Part shown: positions 1 through 10,814 of the stretch, piece after piece
How positions within the stretch are numbered: the first letter of the stretch is position 1
How the letters are laid out: each line of letters begins with the position of its first letter
Source: Chiloscyllium plagiosum
Lineage: Eukaryota
Reading direction: 5' to 3'
DNA length: 63,486 bases
Assembly (NCBI RefSeq): GCF_004010195.1
Contig: NC_057726.1
Location: 53,116,036 to 53,179,521 of the forward strand
Program-made: the position numbers and the translations under genes
Notes under the pieces: model-generated
The model's input: only the letters and a program-made list of their open reading frames with translations
Database searches by the model: none
Told to the model about the DNA's origin: nothing

Positions 1-846
1 ACTTGTTGGGCCGAAGGGCCTGTTTCCACACTGTAATGTAATGTAATGGCCAAGATATATCAGGAAACTACATTCTAAGAATATCATGAGAGACAAACAA
101 TAGCTATCATTTAAATAAATAATATATCATTTGCAGCAAATATACATACCTTTAAGGTACATAAACCCCACAAAGAAAGTAATTGAACTTTGGCTAATGA
201 GGCATTTAAGATAGGAATAGATCAACAAAGAGGCTGATAATATTGCTAAAAAGAATTGTAAGCCTGATTACGTGGTCTGGTTAGGGAGTGAATCTTCATT
301 GGGAAGAATGACTCATTGTGAGAGACAGTTTTGAAAGTTGAGAAAGAAAAAGAACAGAAGTAGAATATCAGGAACAAAGAATCATTTCAGACTGATTCTG
401 GGCGAACTGAATACTTACTTAAAGGATAGTGTAAAGTATACACTATAGAGAGATGTTCAATTTTGCTAGAAGTTAGAAAGTTCTATTCTGTGATTTAAAG
501 GGTAAGTTGTCCATAAAAATTTTGCTTAGGCAAAACTGATCTTAGTCTTTTGTTACAGTAAAAATCTTGAAGCATGAAATCTTGTATGAAATCAGCTATT
601 AATTGGAAGTTTGTATGTTGTTTTTAAAAATAATTATTGCTATCAATGGGGCTCAGATACTGCAGGGAATTAATTAATAATGTTGATCATTGTTGGAGTG
701 CCCATTACTGAGCCTGTGACCAGAAGCAGGCTGAAACCATCAGGGATGATATATGTTGACAGCCATTTTATGTATGAAATCTGTCATTAAAGATAGTATA
801 TATCTGGCTCATTGGGAGTTGTGATGATATCCAATTGTAAACATAC

Positions 847-1095
847 CTGCATGGAGACCTGCCAGGGCCAAGAGCCTGGGACAGCATTTTCACCGTTTAC
901 AATCCGTGCATAGCCAGTAACGACAGGCGTGATAGCTGGGACCCCACAGCCTGGACAGTTGGTGCACAATTAAGAATTAGATTAAACAACATGTCTCTCA
1001 GTAAAGCTATCATAGTGTCTCCAAAAAAGCAACTTACTCCGTCCATAAGCTGTGCCAAGGAGGGCAAGGCAGGATACAAGCCAGAGGAAAGCCAT
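847..1095 (-). CDS. Chymotrypsinogen (CTRB/CTRL-like) copy 1, 5' part only (exons 1-2; the rest lies beyond the window's left edge)
   Basis: Exon1 1095-1038 (ATG...A|gtaagt) and exon2 950-847 (ccag|GC...CAG|gtatgt, 104 bp) splice to [54 protein letters not shown]. This gives a signal peptide, a 15-aa Cys1 propeptide and the R|IVNG activation site. Confidence 0.93.
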
Positions 1096-1145
1096 CACTG
1101 TTATTTTGTTTGTCAGTTTGAGTCTCAGAATTATATTTTAAGTCA

Positions 1146-1232
1146 TTATATAACCTCAATGTAATGCAAGCTATCGAATAGATAAAAGTCTGAGCTTTAT
1201 AAGCATGTGGACCTGACAGCATTTCTTTCCCA
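1146..1232 (-). promoter_or_regulatory. Proximal promoter of chymotrypsinogen copy 1 (TATA, GATA, possible PTF1 E-box/TC-box)
   Basis: TATATAA on the minus strand at 1152-1146. AGATAAAAGTCTGAG at 1180-1194 is identical to the copy 2 promoter. CATGTG (1204-1209) and TTTCCCA (1226-1232) are spaced by 16 nt. Confidence 0.55.
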
Positions 1233-1552
1233 AGTGAATTGATGATGTGAAAAGGGCACCCATTGTTGAAACAGGGAATGTAAATGACTGCCTCCTGATA
1301 AATTTAATTTCTGTGTATGGAAATACTGAACACAGGTGAAGCTTTCTGCACATCGATGATGTTGCCAATCAGGGACATGCCCACTAATGACTCGATTTAA
1401 TTTGAAAACTGTGACAAAATGAGGAAATGTCTATTAAACCATCTCACCCTGAGAAATACCAGCCGCTGCTAGAGATTTTAAAATTGTTCAAACTGACCTC
1501 AGAATAAAGGGTTTAATTGATGTTGTTTAATAACGACATCTGTTGAGATAAA

Positions 1553-1574
1553 TATATATATATATATATATATA
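1553..1574. repeat. (TA)11 microsatellite
   Basis: Direct reading. Confidence 0.9.
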
Positions 1575-1926
1575 CAGTAGCGCCTCGACTTACGAACTTA
1601 ATCCATTCCGGGACCCGGTTTGCGAACCGAAAAGTTTGCGAACTGAATCAATTTTTCCCATTGTTCGGAGAGCGTAAGAATGCTTGGACCGCTGTTCACA
1701 GCGCACGCGCCAAAGACAAACTGAATGAGATCACGCGGGGCCCGAGAAATTTTGCGTTCAACAAGCGCGTAGCAAAGCAGAACAATGAAACGACGTGGTC
1801 GCACACGGGCTGTTTGCGTTCGTACCTTGAATTTCGTACGTACGTTGAAGCAAAATTTTACATACAATCCTATTCGTAAATCGATTTGTACGTGAACGGG
1901 GTCGTTCGTATATCGAGGCACTACTG
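1575..1926. mobile_element. Non-autonomous pogo/Tigger-like (Tc1/mariner) MITE
   Basis: 23-bp imperfect TIRs CAGTAGCGCCTCGACTTACGAAC / CAGTAGTGCCTCGATATACGAAC. TA flanks both ends, and the left side abuts a (TA)n tract. CpG-rich, no transposase ORF. Confidence 0.85.
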
Positions 1927-3189
1927 TAAATTCATTTAGTGCTAGACTGGCAGAAGATTGGCCGATATGTTTGCAAAGTCGATTGTGGTGTGGGAGCCTT
2001 TACTTTCATTGGAGGTGGATTTAATCACTTCATGCAATAGCTTGTGATGTGAACAGCTCTCCAACTTATATCTCATTGATTAGATAACATTAAACTTCCT
2101 AAATTTGTGATCAAACCAATCTGTATTGGCCAGAGAGATTAAAAAAGAAGTGGGGATGATAAAATAATGCTTTGGGAATCTGAAATATTGGAAGTGTCCA
2201 GCAAATCTGTCATCTGTTAAGGAGGTCACAGCCTCCTGCCTCTTTACACATGTTGTTAATGTAGGTAGGGTATTGCAATCTTCAGCCTATAAATAAAGTC
2301 ATCATTGGCTTACCAGATCAAAGAGCTGCTCCCTCAGAGAGAGAGAGGGACAACTGTTGGTGGCTTAACCTGAGGATCAACACACCTCAGGCAAAGGGAG
2401 TCCTTCACAATGACCTCAGCTGGTGTGGGAACTGAACATGTGGATATCACTCTGCATTGCAAACCTGCTGTCCAGCCAACTAAGCTAACTCACCCTTTCC
2501 ACCCATGTCTGTATTACTCAAATCACCAATCCTTTATTTTCTCTAGATCAATTGAGATAGATGAGGCCAGTCAAACCCAAGGATTCCTAGCTTTCCATAG
2601 GGATGTGCAGGTTAGGCAGATTAGCCAAGAGAAATATAGGGTAGGGAAGTCTTTCTGTTTGGGATGCTCTTTGGATAGTCGGTGAGGACTTGATGGGTTG
2701 AATGGCCTGATTCCATACTGAAGGGATTCTATGATTCGATTCAATATTACTTTACTCCATCCTCCCAGATGGCCATGTGGATTGACTTCCAAATTCCTCT
2801 GGATTTTCAGGGGTTCCCTTTCCCTGCCGTACCAACACAGGTTTTCCAGTATCCTGTGAAAGCCAAGCTACTCGATCTTCTCAGTGTGTCTGAACTGGTT
2901 CCTGGCAGTAAGGCCCACTTCAGCAACTCTTTGGACCTGACTTTTCCACAAATCCTGTCTGTTTGTAAACAAAACCAGTTCTCACCAGCATTCTGCTTGG
3001 TGACTATAACAAAAAAACCCTCAATTTGTATTTCTTTGCTTCCCACAGCAGGAGCTGTTTCTGTTTCCCTCTCCACATCTCTATCTCTGTGTGTCTCTCT
3101 GTATTCAGGCAGAATTAATATCAACAACTCATCTTCACTTCAGTCCATTCACCTCAAATTAAAGGAGACAGTTTAAAGCAACTGACATA

Positions 3190-3420
3190 ACAGGTCTTGC
3201 ATTCACAAGAATACCCATTGACGAGATGGTTGATGACCTACCTCAGAGACACTCCAGAGGTGCAAAAGGTATTATAACACTACAAGGGTGACAATAGAAC
3301 AAGGCGTTGGTTTGTTTAAAATGAAGTTTCACTGTCTGGTCAGATATAGAGGTGTCCTTCAATATATCCCAGCAAGAGTGGTGGTTGTTCTTTCCTTGTG
3401 CCCTTCACAACATAATATTA
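3190..3420 (+). mobile_element. Degenerate PIF/Harbinger DDE transposase C-terminal remnant
   Basis: Reads YPLTRWLMTYLR ... TIEQGVGLFKMKFHCL...GVLQYIPARV...HN, matching the Harbinger pattern GYPL.PWLMTP / IE..FG.LK.RF.CL / LQY.P / CC.LHN, with frameshifts. Confidence 0.65.
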
Positions 3421-4654
3421 CAGAGAGGAGTAAGGTGGAGAGTGGCCAACCTTCCCCTCAAAAGTGGAGGAAGATGTGGAGATTGAGCAGGAAGATCCTG
3501 AAGTTCTACTGGTCCCTTTGGTACAGGACCTGCCTGCCAGAGAAGCCTGTGATGTCCTTACCCTGACACCCCTTGCTTGAGTAGTGTGTCAGCAGCATTG
3601 AAACCTTCCCATCAAGGTCACTGTGCAAAAGCCCCCAACCAGCCATTGCCAACCCTCCTCTGTACAGTCACCCAGCTACTAATCACCTTGACAGATTATC
3701 TCCTCATATAATTGGCCTCATCCCATTCATTGGCATTTTACAGACCAGGGTCAACAGGAAAGCAAAAAAGATACATACTACAAATATATTTCCCAAAACA
3801 CCCTTCTATCACTCAACAGCATCACTGTAACAATAACAATGAAGGAAGTATCCATGATTCCTTCTGCACAGCCAAGATGTTTCTCCTCATACCCTTTCTG
3901 TTTATTTTTTCATGCCCCTTTCACTTCAGCAGAGTGCTTTCCTATGCTCTGACACATGAGCTGCTTCTGGTAGATATCGTCTTGGTTTTGGAACCTATAA
4001 GGTCCCTGCCAAATACTGCACTATCCTGACCTGTGCAGGGACAGACTCACTATTGGGACAATGTGTGGCTCAGACCATTATAGCACTGCCTGTAAATTGC
4101 TGAGGAGAGTGTTCTTCACCCTTTGACATGGACTCTCCATTCCTGACCATGCCTCCAGCTCTGGATCCTGGCCTCGTATGATATGTTCCCCTCACCATGT
4201 GCTCCTCTATCTTTCTCTGTGCTGCCGACCCACTGAGGTGTGTGTATCTATGCTGGTAGTGGATGCACAGTAGCCATACTGGGCTCATCTCCTCAGTCAG
4301 CACCATTAATGTACCTGAGGGAAGTGAAAGACATGAATTAGGTTTAGATTATTAGATTTAGACTTTATTGTTACGTGTACTCAAGTACAAAAGTACAGGA
4401 ATACAGTGAAAAGTTTTCAATGTCGCCACACATGGTGCCATCTTAGATACAAGTATCTAGGTACAAAAACTTAAGAACAAGGTAGAAAGAAATAAGGAAC
4501 CAAGTTAAATATTACAGTTGCTCTTAGTATAGTGTAAAAAATGTTAAAAGTTTAACATTACAGTCCTTCTTAGTAAAAAATAAAGAAATAAAGATAAAAG
4601 TTCAACTATTACTGTCTTTGTTCAGTGCTTAACTATGCTGGAACCACACTTACA

Positions 4655-5820
4655 GACACAGAGTCCTACAGCAAGGAGACAGGCCCTTCAGCCCAAACTG
4701 GTCCATGCCGACCAAAATGTCGATCCATGCTAACTCCATTTCCCTGCACTTGGCCCTTATCCTTCTAAACCTTTCCTATCCATATATTTGTCCAAGTGCT
4801 ATTTAAATGTTCATGCACCTGCCTCAATGATTTCCACTGGCAGCTCATTCCATATGCGCACCACCCTCTGTGTAAAAATGTTGCCTCTCAGATTCCGTTA
4901 TATTCTTGCTCCTCTAATCTTGAACTGATGCCCTCTAGTCCGCATTTCCCCAACCCAGGGAAAAAGACTGAGTGCATTCACCCTATCCATGCCTCTCATG
5001 ATCTTATACACTTCTATAAGATTCCCCCTTAATGTCTCCTATGCTCTGAAGAAAAAATCTCTACCTTGTCCAACCTCTTCCTTTCACTCAGACTATTGTG
5101 ACCTGCAACACCCTTGTAAATTTCTTCTGCTTTCCAGTTTAATAACATCCTTCCTATAATAAGGTGACTAAAACTGAACACAATGCTCCAAATGCGGGCT
5201 CACCAACGTCGTATACAACTGCAACATAACTTCCGAACTTCTATACTCAATGTTCTGACTGATGAAGACCAGTGTGCCAAAAGCTTTCTTCACTGCCCTG
5301 TATTAGATTAGATTCCCTACAGTATGGAAACAGACCCTTTGGCCCAACAAGTCCACATTGACCCTCCAAAGAGTAACCCATCCAGACCTATTCCCCTGCC
5401 CTATATTTACCCCTGACTAATGCACCTAACACCATGGGCAATTTAGCATGACCAATTCACCTGACCTACATATCTTTGGATTGTGGGAGAAAACCGGAGC
5501 ACCGGAGGAAACCCACGCAGACACGGGGAGAACGTGCAAACTCCACACAGACAGTCGCCTGCGGCAGGAATCAAACCTGGGTCTCTGGTGCTGTGAGGCA
5601 GCAGTATTCCACATGCTCCCCCACTCTTTGGGTGAAGACATTTTTCCTCATCTCAGTCCTAAATGGCCTACCCTGTATCCTTAGACTATGGCCCCCTGGT
5701 TCTGGACTCCCCAGTCATCAGGAACACCCTTCCTGCACTTCATTCTGTCCAGATCTGCTAGAAATTTATAGGATTCTCTAAGATGCCTCTTCATTCTTCT
5801 AAATGTCCATGAAAATCTAA
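4655..5820 (-). mobile_element. CR1 LINE 3' fragments with an embedded HE1-type V-SINE (about 5303-5607)
   Basis: Reverse complement of the CR1 RT C-terminus and 3'UTR. The SINE core TGTGTGGAGTTTGCACGTTCTCCCCGTGTCTGCGTGGGTTTCCTCCGG has a (TAATC)n tail. Confidence 0.85.
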
Positions 5821-6149
5821 CGAGAAAGCATGTCTTTGGCAGAAAGGCTCTATAGAAATGCAGGTGTCGCTCCTTCATTCCAAGCCTTGCCGTGCACAGT
5901 CGTGCCTGCAGCTGCACAGATCCACCAATAGATGGAGCCTCTTAAGGCCCTCCACAAGCCCTTCCTGTACAATCATGATATTGGGCCAGGAGGAGGCCAT
6001 TCACCCCTGTTCCATCACTCGAACAAGACAGGGCTAGTTAGATATTTAAATCCCTTTCGCTGCCTCGGTTTTACACACCATAGTACATTGACCCAACAAA
6101 GATCAATCAGTCTTAATGGGGATGCACTTTCTATTAAGTCTAAGCCTCA

Positions 6150-7780
6150 GCAGTTTGATAAGATCATAAGAGATAGGAGCAGGAGAAGGCTGCTCAGCCC
6201 CTTGAGCTTGCTCCCCCATTCAATAGGATCATGGCTGATCCTACATTCCTCACATTGACTTTCCCCGTAACCCTTGATTCCCCCAACTAATCATGAATCT
6301 CTCTCAGCCTTAAATGTACACATGGATTCTGCCCCCAGTGACAATGAGTTCCAAAGACTAACAACCCCCTGAGAGAAGAAATTCCTCCTCATCTCAGTCT
6401 GAAATTGGTGCCCCTTTATTCTGAGACTGTGCCCTCTGGTCTAAGACCTTCCCATGAGGAGGAGCATCCTCTCAGCATTGACCCTGACAAACCCCTGGAG
6501 AATCCAAAAGGTCTCAATGAGATCAACTCTCATTCTTCTAAACTCCAGAGTCCAAACTGTTTACCCTTTGCTCATATGACCTTCCCTCCATCCCACTAGG
6601 GATCATCCTAGTGAGCCTTCTCTGAACTGTCTCCAATGAAAGGAAACTTGTACTCAGCTTCAGCTGTAGCCTCCCATTTGGAAATCTCCCCGGGATGGCT
6701 TGGCTGTAATATTATGACTATGACCCATTCCTTTGTTCATCCTATCCCTTTCAGGGAGACAATGGTGTAGTGGCAATGTCACTGGGCTAGAAACCCAAGT
6801 ATTTCTTTTTTTGCTATACATTCATTGTTTGTGGACATTGCTGAGAGGGAAAGATTTAAAAGCGACCTAAGGGGCAACGTTTTCACAAAGAGGGTGGTGT
6901 GTGTATGGAATGAGCTACTAGAGGAAGTGGTGGAGGCTGGTACAATTACAGCATTTAAAAGGCATCTGGATGGGTGCATGAATAGGAAGGGTCGAGAGGG
7001 ATATGGGTCAAATGTTGGCAAATGGGACTAGATTAATCTAGGATATCTGGTCGGCATGGATGAATTGGACCAAAGGGTGTGTTTCTGCGCTGTACACCTC
7101 TATGACTCTATGTCTCTGTCAGCATTTATTGCCCATCCTTAATTGCCCCTTGAGAAGGTGGTGAGCTGTCTCCTTGAACCACTGCAGTCCATATGATGTA
7201 GGGATCCCCAATGCTGTTGGGAGGGAATTCCAGGATTTTAATCCAGTGATACTGAAGGGAAGGCGATATATTTCCAAGTTGGGATGGTGAATGACTTGGA
7301 GGGGAACTTGTAGGGGGTGGTGCCCTGGATAAATGCATTCAAATCCCACCACAAGAACTGACAAAATTTCAAATTTAATAAATTAATGCTGGAATTGAAA
7401 ACTAGTTTCAGTATTGATATCTATGAAACTCTTGCTATTAGCTGCCTCCACCCATCTGGGTCATAATGTCCTTTAGGAAAGGAAATCTACTATCCTTACC
7501 TGGTCTGGTTATTATGGGACTCCAAGGCTGACCGCAATATGGTTGACTCTTAACTACCCTCTGAAATGGTCAAAGGAGACACTCCGTTCAATAGGCAATT
7601 AGGGATGAGGCAACAAAGACACTTAGGCAAGTGTATGAATACAAAAGGCTTTGAGGGATATGGGACAAATGCAGGCAGGTGAGACTAGTTTAGTTTAGGG
7701 ACATGGTCAGCGTGGACTGGTTGAACCAAAGGGTCTGTTTCCATGCTGTAATAACTCTAAGACTCTAAATGCTGGCCTTA
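6150..7780. mobile_element. Nested cluster: old CR1 (-, 6150-6640), tRNA-headed SINE (about 6760-7620) interrupted by a CR1 3' end (+, 6840-7117)
   Basis: The ORF 6825-7031 peptide RGNVFTKRVVCVWNEL...FKRHLD is the CR1 C-terminus, with a (TATGACTC)n tail. The SINE head GGTGTAGTGGCAATGTCACTGG resumes at TTCAAATCCCACC. Confidence 0.7.
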
Positions 7781-9912
7781 CTCAATGAAACCTACATCCC
7801 ATTAAAGTATAAAACAATGCCACAATTCCCCAACAGAGGACATAGTTTCTCTCCATCACCCTGTCAAATCTTTTAATCATCTTAATCACCACAATTAGAT
7901 CTTCCCCTAATCTTCGACACAAAGCTTGCCTGTGGATCCTGTCCTCATAATTGAACCCTTTCAAACTCAGTATTGTTGTTACAAATCTGCAGGATACTCC
8001 TGAGGTCTGTCCCTCAACTGAATATTGTTCCTACTGTTGATGTCTAACCAGAACAACTGGAGCAGAGTTTCTACCTGTCCAAAAGTCACAGTTGGCCAAG
8101 GGTGACAAAAACTCTTTGCCTGGCCTTCCCAATGAAATAAAGGTGCACATTTTGTCAGCCTTATAAAAATTATTTGATGTATTCATCCTTTCAATTCCCT
8201 CATGCTCCCTGGGAAATTTCCCCTGAGCCAAGTGCCCATGGGCAGCAGCCAATCAGATGCAACCCTCAGGAAGAAAGAGGTCAATGGAGTTGCAAATTGT
8301 CAAGGTTCTTTCTACTATCGGTTTTATAGACTTCCAGAACCTATTTGATAAATGTAGGAACATAGGAAATATGAGCAGGAGTAGGCCATTTGGCCCCTCG
8401 AACCGACTCCACCATTCAATATGATGATCACTGATCATGCAATTTCAGTAATGTTTTTTGAGAAGTCTCAAGTATAACAATAAGATGATGGAAGTTAAAA
8501 GTTGCTTGTCCATATTTACCACTATGGAAACATATGTCATCCTCCCATCCTTCTCTCATGTGTTGGGGAATATTGAAACAGGCTGCTAATTGCTTCACTA
8601 TGGAAAAAGTACACAAATTAGAGATATATGTTCTCAGTCTGAAAATGATCCCACTATTCTGGTGGGGTCTAAGGTGGTAAAACTTCAAATTATATTTCAA
8701 AAATATGTACTTAGCCACAAATCATTGTGAAATACTGTGAAGTTGTGGAGGATGATGTATAGATACAAGTAATTTTGTGTAACCTAAGAGTTAAAGCACG
8801 ACCTATTTTATATTCCTGACAGAAGCACATAGAACATCAAATCATCAATAATTATTGTTAATGATTTTCATTAAATGTAAATCTTTGTCACTGACAAGTA
8901 ACATGTAAAAATTTCCTATTTGATTGAATGCTTCCTTCTGAGCCGAATTTCCTGAGAAGCTTGATGACATTTTACAGAAATGTCCCCAGAGAAATTTGAC
9001 AGTTTTTGTAGATATTCTGATGTGTTCAGTAAAATACTTTTGGTTGCAGACGTAGCATAGAAGCCCAAATGTTAATGGTGGACTCAGCAAGGGCTATGGG
9101 AGTGTTACATATGTTCCTTGCATCTGAAGGTTGGACAATCCTACATTCCCTGCTGTAACTGGAAAGTCCTTGAGACTGTTGAACTTACACATTGACAGGT
9201 TGTTCAGAGATAGAAGACTGAGAATTTTGATTAGAGACAGCTTTCTGTACAACAAAGGTAAAGGGTGTTATAGGACGCATTGACCTGACAGTCTTTGTGG
9301 AGATGTTTGGTTTAAGTATTAGCAAAAACAGAACGTACAAACATACATATTAGGAGCAGAAATAGCCCATTTCACCCATCAAGCCTGCTCCATTACTCAA
9401 TAAGATTGTACCTGATCTATTTGTGTTTTGAATACCACATGCTCATCTCCGCCTGATTACCTTAGATTCCCATTGTCTCCCAAGAATCTATTCACCCCTG
9501 TCTCAAACATATCCGATGATTCTGCTTCCAGAAAGGCAGAGCGGTCCAAAGTCACTCCAACCACTAAGAGAAAAAAGGATTGCCCCTCTCTCCTAGAAGG
9601 AGAGACCTAATTTTTAAAACAGCCCCTAACTCTGGGTTCATCCACCACAGGAGACATCCTTTCCAAGTCCACCTTTGTTAAGGCCAGTCAGCATTTTAAC
9701 CACTTTACTAAAATTAACCCCACTCTTCCAAACTCCAGAAAAAATGAGCTCAATGTGTCCAATCTAAAACAGTCCTCTCATTTCAGGTAGTAAACTATGT
9801 AATAATTTAGGAAGCCTGTCTGGAAAGGAGCATCATTTATTGTTGAACACAAAATAGTCTGTGGCATACACAGGCTAATCCCAGCCTGGAAGAGACAGTT
9901 CTGTAGACCAAA

Positions 9913-10535
9913 CCCTGAGTCTGCTTTATCCAATTGGGAGATGTTATTCCACTCCTCTGGAGCGATTTCAACTTAAACCCGGGTCTCTAGTCCAGGCCTA
10001 GTGTCACTACCACTGCACCCCAAGAGTCCCCTGAGTCTGCTTTTTAAAAAATGTAATCAATTTATCGAATCAACCTGTTCAGAGATGTTATCAATCTGTG
10101 CTTTTTTATTCACTTATTTTTCTAATCAACCTGTTCAGAGATGTATTACACACCTTTTGAGGTGGGACTGAAATCTGAGTCTCTTGGTCCCGAAGTAGCG
10201 ACGCTACCCATGCACCACAAGAGGGCCCTGATCCACTTTTTTCTATTTTTTTTAATGTAACTTATTTTTTCCTAATCAATCTGTTCGGAGATGTTGCGAC
10301 ACATTTCTGGACCAGGCGGGACTTGAACCCAAGTCTCCCAGTCCAGGGGTAGGGACTCTATCTCTGTGCCTGAAATTAGCCTGAGTCTGCTCTTTCTAAT
10401 TTAACCTATTTTTCTAATCAACCTGCTCAGAGATGTTCTTGCACAATTCGGAACAGGTTCGATTTGAAACCGGGCCTTCCAGTGCAGGATAGGGACACTA
10501 CCACTGTGCCACAAGAGGGCCCCCTGAGTCTGCTT
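9913..10535 (-). repeat. Tandem array of about 4 tRNA-like SINE heads (units about 115-200 bp)
   Basis: The junction CTGAGTCTGC (or a variant) recurs at 9915, 10031, about 10228, 10381 and 10524. On the minus strand each unit has an A-box-like GGTGCAGTGG, a B-box-like GGTTCAAGTCC and ACATCTCTGAACAGGTTGATT. Confidence 0.8.
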
Positions 10536-10814
10536 TGTAAGGGATTCAGGTGGGGCGATCAGTTAATGGCTTGCCATGGGCCTTGTAGGGGTTATCACTA
10601 ACCTTCTCTGAAGTGTAACCAATGCGTTTACGTTCTTCCTTAAATAAGGAGAACAAGACAATGTAAAGTATTTGTGGTATGGTCTCACTAAAGCTGTAAT
10701 TAGCTGAATCATAACATTCTTACCTTTGTATTCAATTCCTCTCACAAAGCATTACAATAGCTTTTTTAATTACTTGCTTGTACCTGTATAACAATCCCTG
10801 TGCACGGTGTAACT

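Noticed and set aside
1598-1921. ORFs of 107 aa (-) and 72 aa (+)
   Set aside because: They lie wholly within the MITE and have no transposase or other recognisable motif.
8000-9300. Unique-looking stretch checked for a fourth chymotrypsinogen or pseudo-exons
   Set aside because: No serine-protease motifs (IVNG, TAAHC, GDSGG) were found on either strand.
9913-10535. Repeat-spacer appearance resembling a CRISPR array
   Set aside because: Eukaryotic context. The units are homologous over their whole length, there are no unique spacers, and there are no cas genes.
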